In this document: piece by piece, positions 1 through 10,300 of the stretch
Layout: every line of letters starts with the position of its first letter
Numbering within the stretch: position 1 is the first letter of the stretch
Source: Pseudomonadota bacterium
GTDB lineage: Bacteria; Desulfobacterota; Desulfobulbia; Desulfobulbales; JAGXFP01
NCBI GenBank assembly: GCA_018823285.1
Contig: JAHJIQ010000010.1
Coordinates: 15,808 to 79,807 of the forward strand
Length of the DNA: 64,000 nucleotides
Reading direction: 5' to 3'
Made by a program: the position numbers and the translations under genes
The notes under the pieces: model-generated
Seen by the model: the letters and a program-made list of their open reading frames with translations, nothing else
Database searches by the model: none
Told to the model about the DNA's origin: nothing

Positions 1-24
1 TGTAAAAATCGGCCCAAAAAAGCA

Positions 25-906
25 ATGACAGAAGCCGAGTTCCATGAGCATGCGGACAGAATGATTTACGAGAGTGAAAGGGAAGAATTTAAGAAAATCT
101 CAGAGAAATTATACCAAACTGTCAGCAATGCTCTGCATAATCTGACAAGACTTCATGTCTATTATAGAAAATCAGATGGTGATACTGCTAAATGTGTTTT
201 TAGACCAGAAGAAGTAACTTATCCCCATGGTAAATACGATGTTTCTCTGACCCGGAAAATTATCGGATTTTGTGATACTGAAAATAGAGATAAAACACTA
301 TGGCTACGTAATGATATTGGTTATGTCTCATACGACAGAGAAATATTCCTAACTGCTAAAGAAATTGAATGTGAATTCTCAAATAACATACCTGATCAGT
401 TGATGGAATATATGCCTAGAACAGTTCGTGATCCTGACCTGGCGAGTACTGAAAAACCAAACAAGGCTCTGAAATGGGGCGCTTGGGGTGCAGGGATTGG
501 TTCACTCTTGCCAGGGTTTGGCACACTCGCCGGAGCTGCAATAGGTGGAGCGACCGGGGCATGGGTTGGTAGTCAAGAATCAGTAAAATCAGAACAGGAA
601 GTTGCGTCTGAGACACATGATATGATTATCAGGCTTGGATCCTACAATTCTGTTTCTGAATCTAATTGGGCCTCAAAACTAAGAGGAATAGTTGATAATA
701 TTTTTGTTTCAAAATATTTTGGAGACAAACAGAAAGAGGAAGCCTTTAGTGGAATTATCGAGATCGCACAAATGGTTAGGAGTGAGCTTGTAAAAATCAA
801 TACCAACTTAAAGGTATCTCTATCTGAAAAAGACTCATATTTAATGAAATTCATTGCCTACTCACAAACGACAAGAGAAAAACTTCGTACAATTAGTGAT
901 AACTAA
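25..906 (+). CDS. hypothetical protein with central glycine-zipper membrane segment
   Basis: 293-aa ORF. It has a central GxxxG-rich stretch, GAWGAGIGSLLPGFGTLAGAAIGGATGAWVG. I recognise no other domain. The locus is AT-rich. Confidence 0.5.
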   Translation: MTEAEFHEHADRMIYESEREEFKKISEKLYQTVSNALHNLTRLHVYYRKSDGDTAKCVFRPEEVTYPHGKYDVSLTRKIIGFCDTENRDKTLWLRNDIGYVSYDREIFLTAKEIECEFSNNIPDQLMEYMPRTVRDPDLASTEKPNKALKWGAWGAGIGSLLPGFGTLAGAAIGGATGAWVGSQESVKSEQEVASETHDMIIRLGSYNSVSESNWASKLRGIVDNIFVSKYFGDKQKEEAFSGIIEIAQMVRSELVKINTNLKVSLSEKDSYLMKFIAYSQTTREKLRTISDN

Positions 907-941
907 GCTGTAAAGCTAAAGACAATTCAAAGGAGAAAATA

Positions 942-2930
942 GTGGGCGGTGATAAATTTGACGATTTTGATGCGTTGGATGCCGCTATGGCAGGAAGTTT
1001 AGCTGAATCAATCGCTGATGAAGAAAAAGAATACCAGGAACTAAATAACGCCTTCAACCAAGATGACAAACCTTCATGTGAAAAAACTGATGATGATAAA
1101 CAGGATGAATTACCAGATCTAGATAACTACGCTAAGAGAGGTGGTTTTGAGAGACTTGTGGCAGAGCATATCAGAAAACGTCAGAGAGAAATAAAGCAGG
1201 ATAATCTAGCACACACTGATCTTGACCAATCCTCTTTAAATCATGATAAAAAGCCAAAAACGATATTCGGCAAACTGCTATCCGATAAAATTAGCAGGTT
1301 TAATTCAGATTTTGCAAATAAGTCTCGCCAGGCTGACAATAAAGGGACGCAAGAAAATGGTAGACATATGGCCCAAAAAATCTATTCCACAATATCGCTA
1401 GATTATAAGTTGAGGCATGTCCCTTATTCACGGGGATGGGATCCGGAAATTTTCGATTCCACGGCTACCGAATGTATAGAAGTAATGACAAGTAAAGATT
1501 CTCCGAGTGGGCATTATATCCAAAGGGGTTATGGTGGGGTTTCAACGGGAGGAGAACCACGTTTCAGCAAGGTGTACTCGAAATTTTCTTGGTCGATTAA
1601 CAAAAAGGGATTTTTTATTGGCGAAAAATTAATAACCCAAGGACAGTGGTATGAAATCATGGGTTCTAAGCCTTGGGGCACACCTGTTAATCCGAAATGG
1701 GAACAAAAATATATAAATATTAAAGCAATTGAACAAAGTGAAAATAAGCCTCTAAAGTCTTTTATTACCGAATTAGAACATGAGCTTATTATTCAATATG
1801 TTTTACATGGCTATAAAGGAAAATACGAAGAAGGAGGATTGAAATATCATTACACAAACATTAGAAGAACTGAAATAACAAATGATGACTTTTCATATAT
1901 ATATTGGCGTACTCGGATGTTTATCGCATGGCTAAATGACATAGCTTGTATTGGATATACTAATGAGTGCAAGGATGCTGATTTTAGATCATTTCAAGAT
2001 TCTCTTGCTAGACTGAGAAGATCAAAAGCTGTTAGAGAAAAACCTAAAAATTTCGAATTTATTGGTGAACATACTGTTAGGTGGCAGGACAACCTTGCAA
2101 TTTGGGGCTTGGAAAAGATTGTCTCTGACACGAATGAGGACGGTGTAGAGAAAAGCTACTTAGTTGCAATAGATTTTTATAATTGGCTGAAAAATCAAAA
2201 TGAATTTGAAGTCTTATCTTCTGGCAACCGGTTTGCGTATGAGCATGGAGTGCTGTGGGGTGATGATTTCCCTGCTACGTATGTTTCATGGGAAGAAGTT
2301 CAAGAGTTCATAAAAATATTAAATAGCCAAGAAAAATCGGCTCAATTTAGACTCCCGACAGAAATTGAATGGAAAATTGCGTCAGGTTTATATTCTGAGG
2401 GGCCTGATGAAGAAAAATATGACTCTTGGCGTGAAGTAGCATGGGGAAGTTGGGGGGATCAAGGCTCTAACTGTCCAAGGCAAATATTATTTCACCCAAA
2501 GGAGGTTGCGCTTAAAAAACCTAATAAACATGGATTGTATGATGTTTTCGGGAATGTCTATCAGTTGTGTCAAAATGATTTTGAAGGAGTAATAGTTGAA
2601 GAGAGATTTCCTGATGATTTTCGACTTAATGATTGTTTTGAACAGATTAAAGATTTAGATCTATCTTATAAAATTGAACATTTAACTGAAAAAGAAGCCA
2701 TGGAAAAAGGAATTGACTTTAAAAGAAGTAATCCAGATCTAAATGGTGAAACAAGATACTATCTAGCAGTGCCTAGTGAAAGAGTGATATCTTTGTTTGG
2801 TAGTCCATACTCACTCTTCAGCTACTACGATTCTTTCCGTGGAGCAGAAGGTGAGAGATTGTGTGTTTGTGCCTCTAAAAAATCGTCCAAGATAGGTTTT
2901 AGATTATGCATGGATTGTACGAGTCCTTAG
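942..2930 (+). CDS. FGE/SUMF1 (formylglycine-generating enzyme-like) domain protein with acidic N-terminus
   Basis: GTG start lies 6 nt after AGGAG (931-935). FGE-sulfatase-type motifs are present: ITQGQWYEIMG, PATYVSWEEVQEFIKIL, FRLPTEIEW, HGLYDVFGNVYQLC and a terminal IGFRLC. A long insertion separates the first motif from the rest. Confidence 0.6.
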   Translation: MGGDKFDDFDALDAAMAGSLAESIADEEKEYQELNNAFNQDDKPSCEKTDDDKQDELPDLDNYAKRGGFERLVAEHIRKRQREIKQDNLAHTDLDQSSLNHDKKPKTIFGKLLSDKISRFNSDFANKSRQADNKGTQENGRHMAQKIYSTISLDYKLRHVPYSRGWDPEIFDSTATECIEVMTSKDSPSGHYIQRGYGGVSTGGEPRFSKVYSKFSWSINKKGFFIGEKLITQGQWYEIMGSKPWGTPVNPKWEQKYINIKAIEQSENKPLKSFITELEHELIIQYVLHGYKGKYEEGGLKYHYTNIRRTEITNDDFSYIYWRTRMFIAWLNDIACIGYTNECKDADFRSFQDSLARLRRSKAVREKPKNFEFIGEHTVRWQDNLAIWGLEKIVSDTNEDGVEKSYLVAIDFYNWLKNQNEFEVLSSGNRFAYEHGVLWGDDFPATYVSWEEVQEFIKILNSQEKSAQFRLPTEIEWKIASGLYSEGPDEEKYDSWREVAWGSWGDQGSNCPRQILFHPKEVALKKPNKHGLYDVFGNVYQLCQNDFEGVIVEERFPDDFRLNDCFEQIKDLDLSYKIEHLTEKEAMEKGIDFKRSNPDLNGETRYYLAVPSERVISLFGSPYSLFSYYDSFRGAEGERLCVCASKKSSKIGFRLCMDCTSP

Positions 2931-3216
2931 TAAAGTTGTAAATTGAGTGGGAAAAATCTATTCATGTCAAATATTCAGACCAGGTTGAACTCTCAAGACA
3001 CCCAAAATTCCAAGCCATTTTTCACGCAATCTCTGCCTGTTTTGCCTTTATTTGTTCAGGTCAACAATTCCGATTGAAGATGTCTGTCAAATCATCATTG
3101 TTTTTTTCTACCATAGTCCGCTAGATGTCCTACCCCTTGCCTTATCATGTGATAAAAGCCGCAGTGTTTTTACTGCTGTATGTAAATGACAAACAAATGA
3201 GAAATGGAGGAAACAG

Positions 3217-3507
3217 ATGAGAAGGAGTGTGGCGAAGTTGCGGGAGTATCTCCCCCAGTTGATCGGCAGAAAAGTTACCAAAGTGCTTTACACGGAACCG
3301 GAGGATGAATCTTCATTCCCTTCGCAGTTTTTGATGGAGCTGGATAATGGAGCCACTTACGAAGTTTACGGAAGGGGCAGCCTGGGCATAACCGGTCTTT
3401 GCTATTATGGAGAAGGGCACTGTAAAGCATGTTTTGAAAGAGCGGGAAAAAACAACCAGTCTGCCGCATTTGCAGATGGAAAGGGGGTGCAAATCTCCCA
3501 GCCGTAA
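3217..3507 (+). CDS. small hypothetical protein
   Basis: 96-aa ORF preceded by a GGAGGA Shine-Dalgarno sequence. No recognisable motif. Confidence 0.4.
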   Translation: MRRSVAKLREYLPQLIGRKVTKVLYTEPEDESSFPSQFLMELDNGATYEVYGRGSLGITGLCYYGEGHCKACFERAGKNNQSAAFADGKGVQISQP

Positions 3508-3557
3508 GAAGCACCTTCATTGGTGGTCAACCGAGAAGCCAGGCGTTTGAGGAAATT

Positions 3558-3725
3558 ATGGAAGATGATCACGATGGAGACTTTGATGCTCTCGATATGT
3601 GCATTATTGAAGAGGTCGAAAAGGAGGTTAAGGACAACAAAGGCGGCAACTCCGGTTGCTGCCTGATTCTTCTGGCCCCGGTCTTGGGTGTCGCTACCAT
3701 AGTCGGATCATATTTTATTATCTAG
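3558..3725 (+). CDS. possible 55-aa tail-anchored membrane peptide (below ORF-track cutoff)
   Basis: My own translation gives MEDDHDGDFDALDMCIIEEVEKEVKDNKGGNSGCCLILLAPVLGVATIVGSYFII. It has an acidic N-terminal half and a single C-terminal hydrophobic helix. It sits between two co-oriented small genes. Confidence 0.3.
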   Translation: MEDDHDGDFDALDMCIIEEVEKEVKDNKGGNSGCCLILLAPVLGVATIVGSYFII

Positions 3726-3743
3726 TGTCACTAAGGACATCGC

Positions 3744-4226
3744 ATGGTCAATAAAACTCTTTTCATCCGTTATTTCGTCCCATCCTTTACCGGTTTTGGG
3801 ATGGCGGCTCTGGCGTTTGGTTTTGGCATCAAAGGGGTGCTTGTTGCCCTGTTGTTGAGTTCCATGCTCATCCTTTTTTCTATGGCATCTGCCGGAGGAC
3901 TTGGTGGCAGTGTCGCCAACCGGTTATATGGAACGTGCCAAAGAACTCGGACAATTGTCGATCAAGTGGCAGGAGATCTCGATCGAATACGTCATTTGAA
4001 GAGAGCGGAGGAGTTTTCCAAGGCGCTGGTCATGGTCAACAATATTTTGGTAACGGTCCCGGGATATCCGGAGGCGCTGTACCTGAAGGCGGAGATTCTC
4101 CGGGAAGGTTACGGTAACCGCAAAGAGACGATCAAATGTCTGCGTGAGGTAATGCGCCTTACAAATTTTACAGATAAAGTTCATCGCTGGGCTGTGAACA
4201 TGCTTGACGAGGTGACTGAAAAATAG
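3744..4226 (+). CDS. membrane protein with C-terminal TPR-like helical segment
   Basis: 160-aa ORF. Two N-terminal hydrophobic helices (FGMAALAFGFGIKGVLVALLLSSMLILF). The C-terminal part, PGYPEALYLKAEILREGYGN, looks TPR-like. Confidence 0.5.
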   Translation: MVNKTLFIRYFVPSFTGFGMAALAFGFGIKGVLVALLLSSMLILFSMASAGGLGGSVANRLYGTCQRTRTIVDQVAGDLDRIRHLKRAEEFSKALVMVNNILVTVPGYPEALYLKAEILREGYGNRKETIKCLREVMRLTNFTDKVHRWAVNMLDEVTEK

Positions 4227-4392
4227 TTTCTGCCATGAATAAAATAGCAAGGCGTAGTCTGTGTCAGGAATCTTGGTGATATTTTTTAAGTATAAAGTAT
4301 CCTGAATTTTCTATTTTTAATTTATCGAGGGTATCCATTCTGGGGGGCTTTTTAGGCTAAGATTCAGCTTGAAGACATCCAACAACAACGGA

Positions 4393-4470
4393 CTTTTCAA
4401 CGCTGATAAGTTTGGTCTGGGTAAAACAATAGAGGATGGTTTGAACTCAATAGTTATGGATTATAAATAG
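4393..4470 (+). pseudogene. relic of an SNF2-helicase motif I (gene fragment) in the leader of the SNF2 operon
   Basis: The frame open over 4321-4470 translates as ...GLFNADKFGLGKTIEDGLNSIVMDYK*. The stretch ADxxGLGKTIExGL closely matches motif I of the downstream SNF2 genes (ADAVGLGKTLACGI and ADDVGLGKTIEAGL). There is no start codon or full ORF. Confidence 0.4.
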
Positions 4471-4488
4471 AATCTATCGTGAGGCAAG

Positions 4489-7338
4489 ATGGACAACGCC
4501 GTTAATGTAATTGCTCCCGGAGCAAGGATTGTAGTCAGGGATGCCGAGTGGTTGGTCAGAAAGGTTGACAGAACTTCCTCTGGTGGTCAGGCCATATCCG
4601 TAGTAGGGATAACTGAACTGGTTAAAGACAAGGAGGCGATATTCCTCGATGAGATCGACACTGAAATTGAAGTTCTTGATCCGGTTGACACCAAGTTAGT
4701 TCCAGACACCTCAAGCTCGTTCCAGAAATCCCTTCTATACATGGAGAGCTTGTTGCGGCAGAAGACGCCTACAGATGAAAACCTGTATATCGGCCACCAA
4801 GCTGCCATGGATTTAGTCCCCTATCAGCTTGATCCTGCCATCCAGGCCCTGAAACAACCAAGACAGCGTATCCTGATTGCCGATGCCGTTGGACTGGGTA
4901 AAACCTTGGCCTGTGGCATTCTGGTCAGTGAGCTTATCCGTCGCGGACGAGGTAAACGGATCCTGGTTCTGGCGGTGAAGAGCATGCTCACCCAGTTTCA
5001 GAAAGAGATGTGGAGTCGTTTCACAATTCCCCTCGTCAGATTGGATTCGATAGGTATTCAGCGAGTTCGTTCCCGTATCCCCACAAATCACAATCCGTTT
5101 TACTATTACGATAATGCCATTATCTCCATCGACACCCTGAAGCAGGATTCCGAATACCGTACCTATCTTGAGAGTGCCTACTGGGACATCATTGTCATCG
5201 ATGAGGCGCATAACGTCGCGGAGCGGGGCAAGGGCTCTTCTCTAAGAGCTAAGTTGGCCAAACTTCTTGCCAGTCGGTCCGACACACTGATAATGCTCTC
5301 CGCTACTCCCCATGATGGCCGGGCAAAAAGTTTTGCAAGTTTGATGAACATGCTGGATCCAACAGCTATTGCCAATCCTGAAGAATACGGCCCAGAAGAT
5401 ATCAAAGGACTTTTTATTCGTCGTTTCAAGAAAGATATTCAGGGCCAGGTTGAGAAGGCTTTTAAAACAAGAGAAATCAGCAAGGCCTATTGCCAGTCAT
5501 CCGCTGCGGAAGAAGCGGCCTTCGATGTCTTCGCCGACCTGAAGTTCCAGAAACCTGATCAACGGCGGGGTGCAGGGCAGCTTTTCAAAACTACCCTGGA
5601 AAAGGCACTTTTTTCAAGTCCAGCAGCTTGTCTCGTCACTATCAAAAATCGTATTGCCAAGCTCCAGAAGAATCCGGATAAGGACGATCTGAAGGACATT
5701 ACCAGCTTGGAAGAGCTTGCTGATGCAGTTGGGCAGATCACCTCCTCAGGGTTTGCCAAGTACCAGAAGCTGCTGTCAGTTATTCAGGATAAGCAGCATG
5801 GTTTCGGATGGACAGGTAAGGATAAAGAAGATCGCCTTGTCATCTTTACCGAAAGAATAGAAACCTTGAAGTTCCTTCGCACAAACTTACTGAAAGATCT
5901 TTGTTTGAAAGATAACCAGGTTGATATTCTTCACGGGGGTCTCCCCGATGTAGACCAGCAAAGGATTGTCGAAGATTTTGGCAAGGAGGAAGCGCCTGTT
6001 CGCCTGCTCATCGCATCTGATGTCGCCTCCGAAGGCATCAATCTCCATTATTTGAGTCATCGTCTTGTCCACTTTGATATCCCCTGGTCGCTGATGGTCT
6101 TTCAGCAACGTAATGGCCGGATCGATCGTTACGGGCAGGAGGAGACGCCATATATCCTTTACCTTGTGAATCAGAGTGGCAATGCGAAGATCAAAGGAGA
6201 CATGCGAATCCTTGAGCTTCTTATCAAGAAAGATGACGAGGCGGTAAAGAACATTGGTGATCCCGCCGCCTTGATGGATGTCTATGATATCGATGAAGAG
6301 GAAAAGATCACCGCTGCAGCGATAGAAAAGGGGCTTAGCGACAAAGATTTTGAAAATAATCTTGATAAGAACGCTGCAACTTCTTTTGATCCCTTAAAAC
6401 TGCTGATGGGTGAGGAACTGCCTTCGGGCAGGGTAGATAGCCAGGAACAGACCAGAGAAATGCCATCGCTTTATGTCGATGATTATAACTACTTTAAGGA
6501 AGCCACGGGCTATCTGAAGCAGAAGAATGATCTTAATATCTTTTTCGACGATATTAACCGTGAGGCCGAGTTCCCCATCCCCAAGAGTCTCAAGTCTCGT
6601 CTCCGGAACATCCTGCCCCGGGAAGTCTGGCCAGAGAAAGATGTCATGGTGCTTTCTGCCGACCCGGATGAAATCCAGAAAGAGATCAGGCGCAGCCGCA
6701 AAGACGAAAATGCCTGGCCACGCAAACAATTTCTCTGGCAACAGAACCCGGTCTTTGGCTGGATTAATGATATGGTTATCGCGGAATTCGGGCGGCACGA
6801 GGCTCCAGTCCTGTCTTTGCAAGGTGCCTTGTCTCCAGGAGAGACGGTGTTCATTATTTCCGGACTTATTCCTAACCGTAAAGGTCACCCTCTTGTGCAT
6901 CGCTGGTTCGGGGTAACTTTCGATGGTAACACCTTTCACCAAACCGAGGACTTTGAAAAAATCCTCACCAGAACAGGACTGGGCAAGAGGAGCTTCCCCA
7001 ATCCCGGTAAAGATGTTGATCTGGATTTTCTGAAGAGACTTCTTCCTGAAACTGTCAAGCAGGCAAAGCAGTTCATGAGTGACGAGCGGAAAAGTTTTGA
7101 GGAGCTGATCAATCCCAAATTGGAAAAGCAGCTGAAGAACCTTGAAAGACTCAAAAGTAAGAAATTTGAGCAGTTGGAGCTTTTTTATACGGATAAGAAA
7201 CAAAGCAGTAAAAAAGATCAGCAAAGAAGAGAGGCCGAAAAGGTTTTTAAGGAGTTCTGGGCCTGGGTCGAAGATACCATGACCACCGAAGACAACCCCT
7301 ACATTCAGGTAATAGCAGTACTGAAGGGGGTAGAGTAA
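4489..7338 (+). CDS. SNF2-family helicase (DISARM DrmD-like)
   Basis: 949 aa. Motif I is LIADAVGLGKT, motif II IVIDEAHNV, motif III LSATPHDG. The helicase C-terminal part reads SDVASEGINLH...FDIPWSLMVFQQRNGRIDRYGQ. Its stop overlaps the next start (TAATG at 7336-7340). Confidence 0.9.
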   Translation: MDNAVNVIAPGARIVVRDAEWLVRKVDRTSSGGQAISVVGITELVKDKEAIFLDEIDTEIEVLDPVDTKLVPDTSSSFQKSLLYMESLLRQKTPTDENLYIGHQAAMDLVPYQLDPAIQALKQPRQRILIADAVGLGKTLACGILVSELIRRGRGKRILVLAVKSMLTQFQKEMWSRFTIPLVRLDSIGIQRVRSRIPTNHNPFYYYDNAIISIDTLKQDSEYRTYLESAYWDIIVIDEAHNVAERGKGSSLRAKLAKLLASRSDTLIMLSATPHDGRAKSFASLMNMLDPTAIANPEEYGPEDIKGLFIRRFKKDIQGQVEKAFKTREISKAYCQSSAAEEAAFDVFADLKFQKPDQRRGAGQLFKTTLEKALFSSPAACLVTIKNRIAKLQKNPDKDDLKDITSLEELADAVGQITSSGFAKYQKLLSVIQDKQHGFGWTGKDKEDRLVIFTERIETLKFLRTNLLKDLCLKDNQVDILHGGLPDVDQQRIVEDFGKEEAPVRLLIASDVASEGINLHYLSHRLVHFDIPWSLMVFQQRNGRIDRYGQEETPYILYLVNQSGNAKIKGDMRILELLIKKDDEAVKNIGDPAALMDVYDIDEEEKITAAAIEKGLSDKDFENNLDKNAATSFDPLKLLMGEELPSGRVDSQEQTREMPSLYVDDYNYFKEATGYLKQKNDLNIFFDDINREAEFPIPKSLKSRLRNILPREVWPEKDVMVLSADPDEIQKEIRRSRKDENAWPRKQFLWQQNPVFGWINDMVIAEFGRHEAPVLSLQGALSPGETVFIISGLIPNRKGHPLVHRWFGVTFDGNTFHQTEDFEKILTRTGLGKRSFPNPGKDVDLDFLKRLLPETVKQAKQFMSDERKSFEELINPKLEKQLKNLERLKSKKFEQLELFYTDKKQSSKKDQQRREAEKVFKEFWAWVEDTMTTEDNPYIQVIAVLKGVE

Positions 7339-10300
7339 TGGCGATCGACATTACCGGCATCAATAACGAGAACGAGTTTTACACCCACCATTATCTTGCG
7401 GCCATTCTGGAGAGTGACCTTAAAGATGTATTTAGCGAGTGGAAACGTAAAGAAGACGATGAAGCCATAAAGCCGCCCCATAAGTTGCTGGGCGGTCTAA
7501 GAAAGAATTTTTTCTCTGCTCTCAGTCTTTTGGAGAAGGAACGCGATGTTGGCGAGAGGATCAGCATCCAGAGAGGATTTACCCGTGAGTTACTGGAGGT
7601 TCTAGGCTATCAAAGCCACTGTCGAACGGCAGAACTTGATGACGCCGGTTCCGTCCCTTTGCTCGGTGGTATCAGCAAGGCAGACGGGTCTCCTGATCTG
7701 TGGATCATCGAGGCCGTTACTGGCCATGGCGAAGAGGCTGATCCGTTAGAGTTAATGCTTTGCGAGGAACAGTATTCCGCCAATGATGAGGACGCAGCAA
7801 AGTTTCTGGAAGTCTCTTTTGAAGAGATCATCACCCGGCATATCTTCAGCATGACGGAGCCCCCCCGCTGGGTGATACTGGTCAGTTTTTCCCAGCTGCT
7901 CCTGGTCGATCGCACCAAATGGCATGAGAAGCGCCTGCTCCGCTTTGATCTTCGGGAGATTCTTGATCGTAGAGAAACGTCAACACTCCAGGCCACAACC
8001 GCACTCCTGCATAGAGATTCCATTTGCCCAAAAGATGGGATGCCGCTCCTTGATACCCTGGATGAGAACTCTCATAAACATGCCTTTGCCGTATCGGAAG
8101 ACCTGAAATACTCGTTGCGCAGGGCTATTGAGCTTCTGGGAAACGAGGCGGTCTATTATCTGCGGGAAAAACTCCATGAAAAGATATACGGCCGGGACAT
8201 GGCCCAACAGCTTACCCGAGAGTGCCTCAGGTATATGTATCGGCTGCTCTTCCTTTTCTATATCGAAGCCCGGCCGGAACTTGGCTATCTGCCTGATAAG
8301 TCTGAGGAGTATCGCAAGGGGTATAGCCTGGAAGCCCTTCGTGATCTTGAGATGGTCCAGCTTAACACTGAGGAAGCAATGGGCAGATTCTTTCTCCATG
8401 AATCCATCCAGACCCTTTTCAGGTTGTTATATGAAGGCTTTCGACCAAAACAGCGTGATATGTTCGGTAGTCATGAACATCATACTTTCCATATTTCTCC
8501 ATTAAGAAGCCATCTCTTTAATCCGGAACAGACCCCGATCCTGAACAGGGTTAAGCTTAGGAATTTTGTTATGCAGGAGATCATCGAGCTGATGTCTCTT
8601 TCCAGAGCAAAGAAGGGAAAGAACACAAGGCGTGGTCGCATCTCTTATGCTCAATTAGGTATCAACCAGTTGGGCGCTGTATATGAGGCCCTGCTTTCCT
8701 ACCAGGGTTTCTTTGCCGAGACAGAGCTCTATGAAGTCAAGAAAGCCGGGGAACAGTATAACGAACTTGAGACTGCCTATTTCGTTAAACCGGAAGACAT
8801 TGAGCAGTATACGAAAGACGAAAAGGTCTACCACCAGGATGGTTCTCTGGTCAAATTTGAAAAAGGTACCTTTATCTACCGGCTGGCGGGAAGAGATCGT
8901 GAGAAGTCCGCTTCTTACTATACGCCGGAGGTCCTGACCAAATGCCTGGTCAAATATGCCTTGAAGGAACTACTCAAGGGGAAAACCGCAGACGAGATAC
9001 TCGAACTCACGGTTTGTGAGCCCGCCATGGGGAGTGCAGCGTTCTTGAATGAGGCGGTCAACCAACTTGCCAAGGCCTACCTGGATCTGAAACAGAAAGA
9101 GATCGAACAGGTCATTACCCATGATGAGTATCCGAAAGAGCTGCAGAAGGTGAAGATGTATATCGCCGACAATAACGTCTACGGTGTGGATCTGAATCCG
9201 GTGGCGGTGGAGCTTGCCGAGATCTCCCTCTGGCTCAACACCATTTATGAGGGGGCCTTTGTCCCCTGGTTCGGTATGCAACTGGTCTGCGGTAATTCGC
9301 TTATTGGTGCGCGGAGGCAGGTTTTCTCCACAAAATTCCTCAAGAAGGAAAAGAAGTCCGATTCTCTTTGGCTGGATGAGGTCCCGGTGCGGGTGATGCC
9401 GGGAGAAGAAAGGAAAGCGGATACGGTGTACCATTTCCTCCTGCCAGACAAAGGCATGGCTGACTATAAAGACAAAGTCATTAAGGAGATGGCTGGAGAA
9501 GAGATCAAGGCCATCAATGAGTGGCGGAAGGACTTCATCCAACCTTTCTCGAAAAGTGAAATCGAACAGCTCAAGAAACTCTCCACTGCGGTGGACAAGC
9601 TCTGGAAAAAGCATACGGAGATGCAGCGCCAGATTGACGACCGCACAACCGACCCACTCCAGGTGTTCGGGCAGGAGAAGCCGGAAGAGAAATTCCGGTT
9701 GAGCACCACGGAAGACAAGGACCGCATCTTTCAGCAGGAAATATTCTCCAAAAATGTTGGTAGTTCGAGCCCATATCGACGTTTGAAATTGGTGATGGAC
9801 TACTGGTGTGCTCTCTGGTTCTGGCCCATAGAAAAAGCGGAGATGTTGCCAAGCCGAGCGGAGTATCTTTTTGATCTTACCCTGCTGTTGGAGGGGAATC
9901 TCTATGACTCCGGGGCAGATGAAAAGGGTCCTCAACTGCTTTTCCCTGATACAAGACCCAAACAGCAATCTCTGACCATGATTGATGAGTTTGGATATGT
10001 GAATGTGGATAAGTTGTGTGAACAAAACCCTCGCTTGGGCTTGGTTCGAAATATAGCTGACAGGTACCGCTATATCCATTGGGAACTTGAATTTGCCAAT
10101 TTGTTTGAGAGTCGAGGTGGTTTTGATCTTATATTGGGGAACCCTCCATGGCTGAAAGTGGAATGGAACGAAGGTGGCATAATGGGTGATGTGGAACCGC
10201 TTTTTGTTTTGAGAAAATTCTCCGCTTCAAAACTTGCTGAAATGCGCCAGATCACCGTTGGCAAATATAATCTCCGTGAAGTATATCTTGCCACCTTCGA

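Noticed and set aside
7690-7718. SPDLWIIEAV in the methyltransferase N-terminus, considered as a PD-(D/E)xK nuclease motif (a type IIG-like fused endonuclease).
   Set aside because: The spacing between PD and E is too short, and the Lys of (D/E)xK is absent (EAV). I cannot support a nuclease domain from this.
7860-7866. C7 homopolymer in the 5' part of the methyltransferase gene (GAG CCC CCC CGC), considered as a phase-variation tract.
   Set aside because: Seven residues is shorter than the tracts usually associated with slipped-strand phase variation, and the frame is intact. It is worth checking only if population reads show length variation.
8970-10079. 369-aa minus-strand ORF inside the methyltransferase gene. 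Similar antisense ORFs occur at 6394-7224, 11727-12434, 14615-15415, 23994-24848, 26172-27041 and 40776-41438.
   Set aside because: Each is fully nested antisense in a + strand gene that carries unambiguous catalytic motifs. None has a recognisable motif or a Shine-Dalgarno sequence. They are most likely non-coding.
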